The notes: a model not told the origin generated them from the sequence alone. 64,000 nucleotides of DNA from Hydrolagus colliei (GCA_035084275.1 CM068742.1:39556001-39620000); one strand, 5' to 3'. Counted from the stretch's first letter, positions 38,116-51,109 are shown. Numbers and translations: made by a program.

Positions 38116-38579
38116 AACTAAGCCATTTTGGGACAATCTCAATTAAGTTGTAAAGATGAGTATAACAGCATCATCAGTTCGAGTGGAATACGATTTACAC
38201 AAACCTAATCGTGATCTAAAGACTTGGAACAAACTCAGGTAGCTTCATTATATAGTATTAATGTGTAAATTGGTTTTAATTGTTATGCAATCTCGATAAT
38301 TAATTGAAAGTTTTCCTTATGTGTGCCTGTGTAAGGGGTGGGGTGGCGGGGGGAGAAGATCACGAGGTACAGTGTGATACCCTAGTCTAAGTCAGCCATG
38401 AGTGAGTGCCATTCCTGACAGACTCATACTTGATCAGAGTCTTCTCTGATAGGTGATGCTCAGGTCTATAGTTAGTTGGGGAGGGAAGGATAACTAATGT
38501 TAGATAGGGTTAAGTGCTCGCTCGGGCCTTCATAGTCTGGGAGGTGAGGGAATGCAGGGGGCTACTCAAGTTTGCAAGA

Positions 38580-38800
38580 GTGGTTTAGATAAAGAAGGCT
38601 CTCCAGCCTATTTGATGCCATCCTTCCACAATAACCATCCTACTGGCTTCCGCTCAAGATGAATTCAGTGTCATAGTCTCAATCACCATTCCTGGCACCC
38701 TTCCTGTTCCTATCTTTAATTACACTTTGGGTAAAGAAAAACCTCCTGAAATTGCTCTTTGCAACTCTAAACCTATGTCCTCTTATTTTGCTGTCTTGGG
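38580..38800 (-). mobile_element. Decayed CR1 fragment
   Basis: ACTTTGGGTAAAGAAAAACC is the reverse of an FFTQS-coding segment; CR1-like 3' layout. Confidence 0.5.
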
Positions 38801-39012
38801 AAGTCACCGAGTCAATCAATAAATCGTGTTTGTGCTGATGGGAGCGTAGACCATCTCAATCATGCAAATAGATGAGGCTGACACAGCAAGAAGAAAATGG
38901 AGAGAGGGGGAAATGGATGTATGAATTAATTGTACGGTACATCACCTGTATTACCTGCTCAAAGCTCCTTGGAGGCAACTTTCATAACGTGGCAAGATGT
39001 TATTGTTCATGG

Positions 39013-39054
39013 GTCTTTTTGAGAAAGAATTGCGTCTTTTTGAGAAAGAATTGC
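39013..39054. repeat. Perfect 21-bp tandem duplication
   Basis: GTCTTTTTGAGAAAGAATTGC twice. Confidence 0.95.
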
Positions 39055-39777
39055 CCTCTATGTTTGATGCATTGATTAAAAAAGTTTCAAATGAAAGACA
39101 ACTTGGTTGTTTGGCGAGATCAGTGGGAGATTTTGCAAATTCATCAGCACCCTCCCACACAGATCTGAAGACTTGACTGACAGGATCAGAAAAAGCCATG
39201 GGTTATTACAAAGCGAGGTGACTGTGTCAGGAATGCTGCTGCTGACCTATAAAATCTGGGCAGAAACCACATCCATGTCCTAGTTTCAGTGCTTAACGTG
39301 TATGATCCAATTAAAGAAAATCCCTCCTGGCAACAGTTTGTTTGGTAGGCCCTTAAAATACTGAGTGGAATGTTTTTCAAGGTGGCAAACTTGCTGTGCA
39401 TTAGAGTGAGAAACCTGTTTAAGCAGTGCGATGTGATTGTACATTTAAATATAAGTGAAAGAAACAAACTGATACACTGACGTGTTAGCATTACAACAGC
39501 AGACACTTACTGCTTACATATTCAACAACAGATCTCTATATTGATAGCTCGGAGCAGACTTGTCTGAAAGAGCTGTTCACTGCAGAAACATGATGCACAT
39601 GGGTGCATAAAAATTTCAGCTGAACAGAAAGTATCTCTTTGTAATCCTAAATAGGTTATATTGGATAACAGGTGAGATTTGTTTTCATATACCATTCAAA
39701 CGCATTTGTCTCCTTTGCTTGAACAGTGAATGTCAAGCAAAATGTAATCATATGCGAATTACCTGATATTTCAATTT

Positions 39778-39920
39778 AATAATAATCCTTGCATTTGATA
39801 CAATGCCTTAGCACATCTCGAAGACCGTCGAGAAATCTCAAAAGCACTTTACAGCATAGCTACTATTTTAGGCAAGTGTGGCGGCCAATTTGCTCACAGC
39901 AATGTCTCACAAAGAGCCAT
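39778..39920 (-). mobile_element. SINE 3' half
   Basis: AATAATAATCCTTGCATTTGATACAATGCC...GGCGGCCAATTTGCTCACAGCAATGTCTCACAAAGAGCC. Confidence 0.7.
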
Positions 39921-40044
39921 GGCGTTTTTGCCCAATTTTACCCAATGACTTCATCTTCCTTATTAATGCTTCCTGATACAACTGAGTGAAAATTACAACC
40001 AAGATTGCCACTGCAGCATACTGGCTGACAAGAGATGAATGTCT

Positions 40045-40106
40045 CTTGTCTTGGGACATCCTCTCAACATGAAAAGTGCTCTATAAATGTAATTTTGTTG
40101 TTGTTG
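40045..40106 (+). mobile_element. L2 3' tail
   Basis: CTTGGGACATCCTCTCAACATGAAAAGTGCTCTATAAATGTAATTT(TGT)n. Confidence 0.75.
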
Positions 40107-40444
40107 TCTGGAAGGTCAGACAGTTTCTAATAGTTCTCCAGATCAAATGGTCATACAATCTCACGGGTATTGCTGTGTACAAACTGTTCATCACATTTGC
40201 CCACAAAATTGGTCACTACACTTGACAATAATTATCTGTAAACTGTATTCGTATTGATATTGCATGATAAAAATATTTCTTTCTGACCCACCCTCCCCAT
40301 GAGATAGTATAATTTTGCTGCTCAAAGTCTTGAACAATGAAAGCAGAATATCTACTCAGGTTGGAATAATTCAGTGCACTGTGTAGGGGATTCTAACCAG
40401 CCTACTTTGTGACTGGTTAAGTTACCGGATGGTTTCTTTGAATT

Positions 40445-40498
40445 ACAACAACAACAACAACAAAATTACACTTGTATAGCGCCTTTAACGTCAGGAGG
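40445..40498 (-). mobile_element. L2 3' tail
   Basis: (ACA)n followed by AAAATTACACTTGTATAGCGCCTTTAACGTCAGGAGG. Confidence 0.78.
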
Positions 40499-41000
40499 AA
40501 TGATACAGCACAAAAACAGACCTTTCAGCCCAATTAGTCCAAGGCAAATTATACTCCATGAGAGCCACCACTCCTATTGCCTCTCCCAAACCTCTCTTCC
40601 CCCAGGCATGTATCGCGGGTCTTTAAATACAATAATGCTTTTTGCTTCAACTACAGCTTCCAGCAGCAGGTTCCAGATTCTCACCACCCTCAAAAAAGTT
40701 CCTCTTAATCTCCCTGTTAGATCTGCTACTGGCTATCTAAACAGTAAACTCCTGATAACTCGGGAAAAGGAATTGGTAACAAGTTATCTGCAGTGGTGAA
40801 TTAGGCAAATGTGTAAATACTCCAAATAAAAACATCTGAGATATTGACAACATGATGACTTAAATGGCAGTGACTGGTTAAGTAAGCCAGGATCAAGTTA
40901 TCAGGAGTTCACTGTATATGATTAACGCCCTCTGGTTTTGAACTAACCAACAAGTGGAAACAACCTGTCAATATCCACCTTATCAAATCTTTTTGATTCA
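40499..41000 (-). mobile_element. CR1 fragment split by a MITE
   Basis: TACAGCACAAAAACAGACCTTTCAGCCCA...GTTCCAGATTCTCACCACCCTC, resuming after 40916 with GCCCTCTGGTTTTG...AGTGGAAACA...CCTTATCAAA. Confidence 0.65.
40742..40914. mobile_element. Tc1/pogo-type MITE (173 bp)
   Basis: TIRs CAGTAAACTCCTGATAAC and GTTATCAGGAGTTCACTG (17/18 match); right flank TA, left flank AA (probably a mutated TA). Confidence 0.8.
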
Positions 41001-44000
41001 TAGAATGTTTTGATGATCTTATCATTGCTGACGTCTCCTCGCCCTCTTTTCAAATCTTATCAGAACAAGATGGCAGGTTTTGAGACATGACCTTATGTAG
41101 TTGTTTCATCCAGATCACTGTCTTTTAGAATCATCCACTGATGGCACGGTGTCAAATTCAGCTGCAAAGCATTGGCTCTGTATTAATGGGAGTTAATAAG
41201 ATGATTGCTGGTGATTACAATTTCTGATGTCTCTCTTGCCAATTGCCCTTTGAAGCCTTTTTGAGAGTAGCTTTTGTAGACGAGGGGTGATTTCTCCCAG
41301 TTCACCAACGAGGTTTGGATGAAGAAGGCACTTAGACCCATTTGATGTCATCCTTGGCAGACAGCTTGCATATGTGGAAAGCTCAGTCTGGTTCAGATAC
41401 TCCAGCACGGTGGTGCATTTGTACAAGTGTCAGACACCCAACCAGCTTCCCCCCAAAAAGGTATCACAGTAAAAGCTGACATGGCAAGTTAATGAGCAGC
41501 ATAATCCCAACTTGGATTCTTACTTGCTAGATTTTCGCTGGCTGGACCCCACCCCTAATTTTCTGTTCTGATTGATTGATTGTTAAAATGCCAATAAAAC
41601 ATCAGCCCCACCCCATTCCCAGAAATCAGCAGCCACTACTTGTGGTAAGCCTCAAGGTTTTCGGAATCCAAAATACTTTGAATGATTGGAATGGGAACAT
41701 GTGCCAAGTTTGTTTTGATAAAATCTTTCGAGAATAATTATCTAGGAAGAACAGTAACTAGGGGAGAAAGAGGTGCAGTATTTCTGGCTGCAGCAAATTG
41801 TTATGAAAGTCTCTTGTGAAGGGACAAAGTCCATCAGGTTCTCCTATCATGGAAACGGGGTTTAATGCACCCCTTGATTCTTATTACAGTTTTCCTTCCA
41901 AAGTGGAAGGCTTTTCTGCACTGCCACATGTTGAGAGACCTAATGTAATAAATTGTTTCCTCTTCGGGGAGGGTGTAGAGCAAAGCAAGTTACTGTGGGA
42001 GTACATTGGCAGGAATATATTGGCAGTAGGAAAAAGCCCACCTCTGCCTGCCCACGTTTTTTGTGGGTTGAGGTAATATCCTCTTTACTGCAGTAGGTGT
42101 TTCATTATTTTTCTTGTGTCAAGACAGCCACGTTGGTTGTTAAGGGTAGGAAAAGGCTGTGCTTTGTGCTGACTGCTTGTCAGGTGCAGTTTGTTGCTGT
42201 GGAGTGAGTGTCTCCTCTGCTGTAACTGCTTGCTGCTCTCAGCAAAAGGTAGGAGCTGGGAATTCAGTTGCTTTCTGAGATCTTGAGATAAAAAAAACAG
42301 AGGCCTCTTGTGAATATGAGTGCTCTATTCTCTCGTTTTATTACTCAGGGAATTTTCTCCTGTCTTAACTGCACTGAACAAACAGTGCTGATCTCTGAGA
42401 AATGACCTTCTTTTCCTAGCTTCCTTACAGCTGTGACGGCATCTGCACTCAGGTTTTTTTTCAGCCAGGGAAGTGGCTGGCAGATGAGGGGTGGGGGCAG
42501 ATACCCATTAAAAAGGAAAGGGGGGAATTTGTTGAAGAGTTTTGTAGGAGGCAACGCACATAGCTGTTGGTACTGCGTGACTTCTCACAGTCCTACACAT
42601 GCAGATCTGGGGACTGGAACAAGGGTGCAGTCCACAGTTTCTTGGCCATCACAAAAGGACCTCTTAATGCAGCGTGACCTTTGAGAATGAATGGGATCTT
42701 AACACCAGTCTTGCCAGTCGAGTTCTGAACGTGCATTGTGGTTTGAAAGCTAGAAACTAGCTTTTGAAGCTGTTTAGCGATCAACAATGTATATCATTCT
42801 TACTTGTCTCATAGGAAAAATGTGTTTGATCTGTGCATCTGAAAACAGATGCTTTCAGACAGACGTACATCTTTCAAAAGCCCAATAGTTTTAATCGCAG
42901 AAAGTGTAAGACAGTGCAAACTTAGCATTAACCTTTTAAAATTCTCAGGTTCTATTTATTTATAGTCCTTCATTTAGTTGCAGGTGCACAACACATCAGT
43001 GTGTACCTGAGAAGACAGTTGCAATTTGGAACATTCCTGGGATGTATACTATCTTTGAAGTTGTTTAAATACCACAAGGTTAGCTTACCCGAAGCCTGAG
43101 ATTCCACTAGTTATAATTAGGTGGTAAAAACATTTTGAGATTACACAGAAAATTCTTAAATTCAGTCTTACTTTGATAGGACAATGGAAAACTGGTTTCC
43201 AAATTAAGAACATTTCCACAATTGCACACCATTTTTAATTTGAAGATGAAATGTCATCCTTCAGTTGCAGTATTGCCTCCTTAACCTTGATAATCTTAAC
43301 AGCCCCCAAATTCACAACACTTCTCAGAGCTCCAGATAAAAAGAGCTAGAAAATGGGACATTTTGTCAGAAGTGTGTGTGTTGTGTGTGGGGGAAGAATC
43401 AATAATGACTTGTATTGCAAGGGTTAATGAGGCAAAATTTTGAATGTACGGCTCCTTATAATAGGCCACACATTCCCATTGCAGCCTGGGTGAGTATGTA
43501 TCAATGTACAGAGAGAGGTAAAGAGCTTCTGGCTGATCTCATTTTCAAATATCATCTATCCGGTCCCCTATCTAACTTTCCCTTGAAACTGCCCACACTA
43601 TTTATTGGCCTCTGTCTGTCTCTCTCTCCTCTTAACTACGAATGCAAATACATCATGCCTCTCACTCCCAAAACACCACGGGAGGCGTTCCTAACACACC
43701 TCAGAGCTGCCCACACTGTTCCTGATAAAAACAGATACTATCTTCCCAGGAAAACTGTTCTACATACTAACCACCCACTTACTGAAGTTATTTACTGAGA
43801 TGTCAACTACCTATTCTTTGACACCAGGAACCCTTATTATGACCCTCTTGGTCGTACTGGAGGCATTGGGAGTTCAGTTTGTCTAACTGCTTTTAAGATC
43901 TAGAAGATTTTAATAGGATCAATGTGGAACTACTTTTTGAATGATAGCTCACAGATCTGCCCGCTGGAACATGTTGTGTTGAGAAGATTCTCTGAACATT

Positions 44001-45184
44001 TAATGAGTGACCAAGGCAAACCCTTCTTCGTCACCGCGGAGTCATTTCTGTAGGGTTTCAGATGAATTCTATTTCAATGAATGTAGACAGTTTGTGTGAC
44101 AAATACAATGAAGCTTAAAAGCTCTTTTTGAAACCATTGTAAAGAGATTCTTGGATTTGTTACAGTACACTTGGCTGCTCTTGATGTGGAGAAATATCAG
44201 TCTTGAGATGGACACCCACCCACACAAGAAACATAATTGTAGAAATGCTGCACTTATATAAAGTATCAATGGTATCAAAAACACATTAAAGAACCCAAGG
44301 GATAGAGAGCGAGATTCAATTGTTTGAAGGAAAAGTGCAGTTTGGATTTTACGTTTTATTGAAATGTAAGGATGGATTTGAAACGTTTCGTAATGCATTT
44401 AATATGATAATTAACATATCAAACTGAAAAATGAACAGGAATAAAAATATTCCTGTCAAGTGCTTTCAGATATCCCCCTGACATGAAAGGCTTTATCAAA
44501 TGTAAGGATTATTATTATGAAATGCAGCAAACCTCACTGACCACAAAATACTCTTAGCTGAGTAACTCTTAGCTCACCCTCTCTTGTTAAATTTCTTTAT
44601 TATTTGTCCCCAACACATTGTCACTAATCCTTACAATATTTTCTGTGAAGCACTTCAAGCTCCCATCATAAAGGTTGCTCCAGAAAACTCGGAACAGTTA
44701 TTATTATTATTACTTATTGACATTTTCACAAACCTTTTTGTAGATACAGCGCAGCAACTCTGCCAAGTGTATGGGATTTAAGTAATTATCTGTATATCCT
44801 GTTGGGCTGAAAACAAAATCCCCTCGAATATAACATTTGGAAAGAAAAGTGTGCTGGAGACTTATAGTCTGTGCTGTGATACAGCCATCTGCATGCTTCT
44901 TCCTTGTTATTTGTTTAATTTGAAGTTAAGCCTAATGTTGCCATTTGATTCAATATTGACCACCTGGTGAAATAATACAAGAGATGTCCGATTGCCCCCA
45001 ATATTGCTGCTGCTTGTATCATATTGTAAACGAGTAATGAAAAGATTTTGTTAAAACAAATAAACTTCGCGATAAACGTTCTATTTTAACTTTTTAAGTT
45101 AGTTGATACAAATAGGATGTTAATGGGCAACAACAGTGTCTTGGGTGTGGTTTTTGGAGTGAGAGGCATGAAGCATTTGTAAAC

Positions 45185-45390
45185 AAAATGCAAAATACTT
45201 CAGCTGCTGGAAGCCTGAAGCAAAAACAGAAATTGCTGGGAACACTCAATAGGGTCAGGCAGCATCTATGGAGAAAGGAAAGTATGTCAACGTTTCAGGT
45301 CCACGCCCCTTCGTCAGAACTGGGGCACGTTGGGAGGGAGAGAGCCTCTAGCTTGCTAAGTGTTCCCAACAATTTCTGTTTTTGTTTGAA
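45185..45390. mobile_element. Penelope-like inverted-repeat element
   Basis: Arms CAAAAACAGAAATTGCTGGGAACACTCAATAG and CTTGCTAAGTGTTCCCAACAATTTCTGTTTTTG; the internal GGCAGCATCTATGGAGA...AACGTTTCAGGTC...TCGTCAGAACTGG resembles remembered fish and shark PLE termini. Confidence 0.7.
45285..45323 (-). ncRNA. Minimal (PLE-type) hammerhead ribozyme motif, probably degenerate
   Basis: Minus strand reads CCAGTT-CTGACGA-AGG-GGCGTGGA-CCT-GAAAC-GTT-GAC: CUGANGA and GAAA cores, short stem II, palindromic ACGU stem III. Confidence 0.55.
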
Positions 45391-46682
45391 GCATTTGTGA
45401 ATCAGTTTAGAAAGAATCTTTGATGGTTCGAGTTGAATTAACATGCACAGTTGAAGTGATTCAATTACTGAATCAGTCTGGGTTTAACGACTTTACCTGC
45501 TCATGTTAATTCACTTCCTTCACACTGCCAGACACGGCAACTCCTCCCAGCTAATTTCCAGCTAATGGTATCACCTCTCACTACTTGGAAGTAAACTTTT
45601 TCAGAAAATCATTGGAAATAAACGAGCAATGAGGTGATGGTGAGGGGATGGGGAATGGAATGAATATTAAAATTAACCATTATTACTTTTTAACAGTATT
45701 TTTCTTAGTTGTTACTCAGTATCTTGTATGAAAACTGAGATCCACAGTATGGGAAACAGAAATCTACATTCATGTAATATATTCATATCATGTTGGGATA
45801 GCATCTTAAAGTGCTTCAACCACTTGAGTGCAAACCCCATAATTGGCGGGCTGCCCCCACCTTCTGGAACTTCGTCCTATTGAAATACATCTAAATATGG
45901 GGAGAAATGACTCTTCATATTGAGTTCTACAAATACCAACCTATACAATCTTTTTGCCCATTTTTTTGTCACTCAGATAAAATCAGATCCTTCAGACTTT
46001 AAACTGCTTCAGGTTTTATTTACAGTGCGAACCCAAATGCTAAAGCATTTACTGTCCCCTCTTTTAATTGGTTTCAGTTCTGTGATCACAATGGACGTAT
46101 CTCTTTGGACACTTCTGTTGGTAATATTTTGGAAACTGGGCTTTGCCGCATTGTCTCTCACACAGATTAAACGTTATCTGATGCCCTGGCTGGTGGGTTT
46201 TTGTCACTGATTCGAGCATCCAGTTGACAAATTTTTGCAGCCGCATAAAAAGCTTTCCCGTGGGAAATCATATCTATAGGAAAATGCTGCAAAATGGAAA
46301 TGACAACCAAAAAGCCTGTACTCTTTGCAATTTGGGGATTTGGTGAAAGCTAAGACAATAATATAGTAGATAATTAATACATATTTAGTGTCTGCAGATC
46401 CAATTTAAATCTCTCAAAGGATCCATGTACTGTTTTATATTTGGCTTAGAAATACGAAGTTCAGATTCTGTACAATCTATGTAAAGTCTGTGCTGTTAAT
46501 AATGTTTCATGTCGTGTTTTGGCTACGGCTGCTCCTCACTGCTGCTGTGCTCCTGGTAGGGATGAACAATGGCTTCACTGAGCCGGCACGCTTTTTGGTG
46601 CTAAAGGCAAGATCTTAGCCACTGTGTGCTTGAAATTCCACCAAGTGATAGTTTTCTTGTAAATCCAGCAAACAATCCCTCA

Positions 46683-46846
46683 AAATAAAATTGGTCGCTC
46701 TCTCTATGGCTCTTGCTGTGCTCAAACCAACTACTGCGTTTCGCCCACAAAATGCACAGTCATTCCACTTTACAATATATCTCTTGTGAAGCACTTTGAG
46801 ACATCTCAGCATGATAAGGCACTGTACCAAATGCAAGGATTATTAT
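46683..46846 (+). mobile_element. 5'-truncated SINE
   Basis: AAAATTGGTC...CACAGTCATTCCACTTTAC...GTGAAGCACTTTGAGAC...AAATGCAAGGATTATTAT. Confidence 0.75.
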
Positions 46847-47341
46847 GATTTTGTCTTAAATTTTGGTTTGAAAGACGGTTCATTTCAAGTACTGTGGTAA
46901 ACTAACTTTCAAACTTCGACTTTAATTTAAGTATTTTTCACAGTGACCTTAAACTTGAAGACTTGCAGGCTAAGACCAGGTGGAATTTCAAGCCTTATGT
47001 TTACAGATAATAGGAAAGAAGGCAGAAAGTGAAAAAAACAAGTGATTTAATGATCAAATCTAAATCATAAAAATGCTTTATATTCCTGACTTAGCATTCT
47101 TCCCACCTCTTCAAAACCTGGTATTTTCACAAAGGACTGTTGTTGGAGGAATCAGATTGAGTTCCGCGCCTTTCTGAGCTGCATTTATTTATTTAGATTG
47201 TATCCGACCCTCCGTTTATTGAAAATTCATGTGCCTCTAAAGAAAATAGATGTGATAAGGGAGGCCAGCTGTGATCGTAACCATTGGCTGAACTGTGCTT
47301 GCCCAGAGCATTGAGTACAGGGTGCACACAAAGTCCTGTTA

Positions 47342-47558
47342 CCTCCACACGCCTAATAATAATCCGTCCCAAAAAACCCACGATAATATAAATTGGTCAT
47401 TTTAATCAATGACCGTTTGTGGGACACTGCTGTGCTCAATTGGCTGCCGTGTTTTGCCCACAAATGTACAGTCAATTCACTTTTCAGTAAATTCTGTGAA
47501 GCGCTTTGAGACAAGATGTGAAAAACGCTATATCAAATGCAAGGATTATTATTATTAT
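47342..47558 (+). mobile_element. 5'-truncated young SINE
   Basis: CACGCCTAATAATAATCCGTCCC...GTTTGTGGGACACTGCTGTG...(ATT)n, collinear with 10210-10418. Confidence 0.9.
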
Positions 47559-49117
47559 TCCCTCCATGTTTTGTTTCTATGGTGCACCGACCAACATGTT
47601 GAAGAAAGGTGATAACTGTATTTAGAAGTACTATACTTAATTTTATTCATCTGCAACAGAAAATAAAAGTGACTTGTAAAAGAAACAGGGGGTGGTGGGG
47701 GTTTGTGGTCAACAGGACTTTGTGAAACACTCTGTGCAATACCCTGTTTAGCAGCTGTGCTAGATTTGTCTCTTGCTAGCATCCTCCTAGTGTTATCAAG
47801 TATCAGGTTCTGGAAGTTCAAACAGATGCATGTCAGGAGGGATCAAATGAAATTAAATGTTGCTTCAAGGGAATTTCAATACTGTACACTGGTATTCTTA
47901 ATTTGCCTTTAAACTCGGAAAAAAAACAATTTGTATCCATTCTGCTGGGTATTCTTGGCACTTTGTCATGTCCAAAGCTCTTGTGCACTCTCGCAGCTGC
48001 AGAATGTTTGTCCACCAGTTGCCAAGTGCGTTACAAGATCTGTCTATAAGTTTCTGATCTTTTGGGTGGCACTGAATTACTGAGTTTTCTGGTTACCCCG
48101 GAAACACCCTCAGCTTGTTCTTCCCACTGCCTCATTTGCCTGACTGTCTGGGGAGGAGGGAGTGGGTTCTGGCAACATGCCCTTTCCAACTGGGTTTGTG
48201 GGGAGGGGATTATGGCATAAATCAGGAAATATTCAATTAAGATAAAACTAAAAACACAAACTTAACAATCGAACAGGGACTTACCCAGTGAATGTTTGGT
48301 GGGGAGTGCTTCTTGGTGACGCCTTGATGGATATTATCCATTGCATGCAAAATGCTGCTAATCCCATTTCTCTGCTCTTTCCCCCCGCTTCCCCTTCTAT
48401 GCTTTTCCTCTTTAAATATTTTATTCGATTCCGTTTTAAATGTGGACATGAAGCTGCATCCTGCAACAGTCGCTGGGGCCAAGCAGAGGCAAGAGCCGGT
48501 GCCCTGGGTTGCTGCTTCCCTTTTTCATCAGGGATCAAAATCCACTTATAAAGTTATAAAATCAAGAGCTAGAAAATAAAGCTATTGTCAGAAACAATTA
48601 CCGTGTGATGTTGATACCCTGAAAATGTCATGATAGTCATTCTGCTGTATTAATTTAGAATTAAACCGCTTGAGGGGACCAAATGTTGCAGTAGCATCCT
48701 TATTTCCCAACCCAGTACCCAATGAAATTTAAACGGAGGGTTGCATGCTGTAAATTCCAAAGGCTGCTGCTTAACCAGAGGATTGTTCACACCGAGCGTA
48801 TTGCTAATTTTTTAGTCTGCTCTGTACAGATGATTTATATTCACATAGTGCCTGATTAATTCCTCACTTTTTGTTTAATGCAGGTCGCCAGTGAAAAATG
48901 AGATTGCTAAATGGATATTTAATCAATGGAGAGTGCTGTCCACTTGGGGAATTATGTGCACGTCTTTGCTCTTTGTTGAATGAAGTGGGGGAAATGGCTA
49001 AAAGGTTCACATCCCTATGTTGCCTGTAACACTTGGGAATGTATACACTTTTGCAAGTATCTTGTCAAAACCCTTTTTCCCTCTCAGCAGCAGAGAAGTC
49101 AAGTATCCTCTGTCAAT

Positions 49118-49545
49118 AATCATTACATTTGATATAGACAATAAAACGTCAAAATGTCTCAAAGGGCTTCACAGTGAATTGCTCTAAAAGGCAATGACTA
49201 TGTTTGGGTGAATGCAGCAGTGGATTTGCTCGAAACCAATGTCTTCACTCGCAATACAATGAATAACAAATTTATCTTACAGGTTGTTGGTCAGACCATT
49301 GGGAGACTCTCTGAGTCATTGGGAGATTCTCTCTGAATAGTGTCATGGAATCATTCATTTCCACCGTCTTATCACATTGTTGGGATATCTCAAAGCACTT
49401 CTCCAAAATATGCTGTGAAGTGAATTGATTGTATATTTTGTGATCTCTCTTTAACGTCTCATCTGAAGGACAGCACTTCCAATCACTACAGTGCTTCACA
49501 GTACTGCACTGTCGGTCTATATAATCGCGATCTTGAACCAGAAGT
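49118..49545 (-). mobile_element. Decayed DeuSINE-like element
   Basis: TTTAACGTCTCATCTGAAGGACAGCAC...CAGTACTGCACTG and GAATAGTGTCATGGAATC match 59360-59500 and the remembered Deu core; an extra segment lies at about 49350-49440. Confidence 0.6.
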
Positions 49546-50004
49546 GTAAGAAACATTAGCAAGTTATGAACAGTAACCCAAATTGTGTGTACACAAAGCC
49601 CTGTAAATGTACTATGTGCTATATAGATTTGTATGCATAGAACTCTCCATTCCTATGTAGAAGATGCGTGTCAGTTACAGAAAAAACACCTCAAGTGGCA
49701 TTGGCATCTAAGTTGTGAATAGTGCAGACACGAATCACATGTGTAAAAGCAAGGTTGGTTTATTTTACATAGTTCAAGAATGTACCAATGTAAATTCTGT
49801 TGATTTTACTTTCTTCAAAAAGGGAGTTAGTCACCAGATGTTAATAGTAGTGATTGTTTTATTACATGTCCTGTCCATGTTGTTTACATGCATTGTGACA
49901 TTGCACATGCACTGTGAAAAGTACTTTCACAGAATTCTCTGTGTGTAAACACTTTGGGACCACAGCCTTTTGTGCTGGTGATCAGCATGTAACAAACCCA
50001 ATTT

Positions 50005-50080
50005 TTTGTGCCTTGGAACATCCTCCCAACGTGAAAGGCGCTCTATAAATGTAGGTGTGTTGTTTGTTGTTGTTATTGTT
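50005..50080 (+). mobile_element. L2 3' tail
   Basis: GTGCCTTGGAACATCCTCCCAACGTGAAAGGCGCTCTATAAATGTA...(TTG)n. Confidence 0.8.
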
Positions 50081-50930
50081 TCATGTGTAATTTGGGCTTG
50101 AGTTTCCTGCCTGGCAAACTCAAGATTCCTGCAGCAGGTGTGCAATGCAGAGTTGATATTGGTGTCTCATGAGGACTCATCCCGAGTACAGGTATCATTA
50201 CGGCTGAGATGAAGGACTGACTATGAGCGGGGGAGCACAGAGCAGAGGCTGTTCCCTGACTGCGCTGTGCCACCCGGGTGGCTGCAGAAATGCAATCCTC
50301 TTCCATTACGGAATGCCGTGCCGGAATGCTCCTGCTGCTCACCTCGGCAGAGCAGGAAGAAAGCACGACTCCGGCAGATCCTCTTTCTCTGGAGTTATCA
50401 TTTTACAAAGTGCAAGATTTGATGTGCAGCTGAATCCACTGTTGTGCCACAGGGATTTGTTCCCCTCAATGTTCTAGTTTCTTTAGCCTGATATTGTGCG
50501 GGGTTTGTAGTCCCACCCCTCAGTGCAGGTGCACTGGGAGATGTAACTGTGGATAAAGTTTGGAAATACATGGCACTTTTGCATCGCTAGTTTGTGTCTG
50601 GAGACGGCAGATAATGGATAAAAGCTGGTTTTCCTGACTCCGGATTTGCTAGGAATAGTCTCAAATCGGATCGTATTTTCATATCCAAGCAAGAGCCAAA
50701 AGAAAAGGGCGTGGTGAAGTTTCCACAATTCCTCAAGATCTTAGATTTGAAGACAAAATGGTCTTGTGGGCTAAAACCGTGCGGGATTTCAGGAAATGTA
50801 AGAGGCGGTGAATCTGTCCGTTCGCTTGTTTGTTATAATTGAGCAATGGAAATGGATGTGACATTAGATCACGGAGAGATAAATGGGATCCTAAAAGTTT
50901 CTGTCAAATGAGTCTTGCTTTCACAAGATC

Positions 50931-51015
50931 AATAATAATAATCCTTACATTTGAAATAGCGCCTTTCATGTCAGGAGGATGTCTTAAAGCATTTCACAGA
51001 ATATACCGTAAAGTG
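50931..51015 (-). mobile_element. SINE tail with L2-type loop
   Basis: Reverse complement reads CACTTTACGGTATATTCTGTGAAATGCTTTAAGACATCCTCCTGACATGAAAGGCGCTATTTCAAATGTAAGG(ATT)n. Confidence 0.8.
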
Positions 51016-51109
51016 TTGTGACTGTGCGTGACCACAATCTCCAGCCTGTCAGAAGACTCGGAGTGGCATTGCATTCTCAAAGGAGAGTTATACTTTCTTC
51101 AATTAGGGA

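Noticed and set aside
43415-43798. Longest ORF (127 aa)
   Set aside because: Non-ATG start, no recognisable domain or splice context; the length is compatible with chance.
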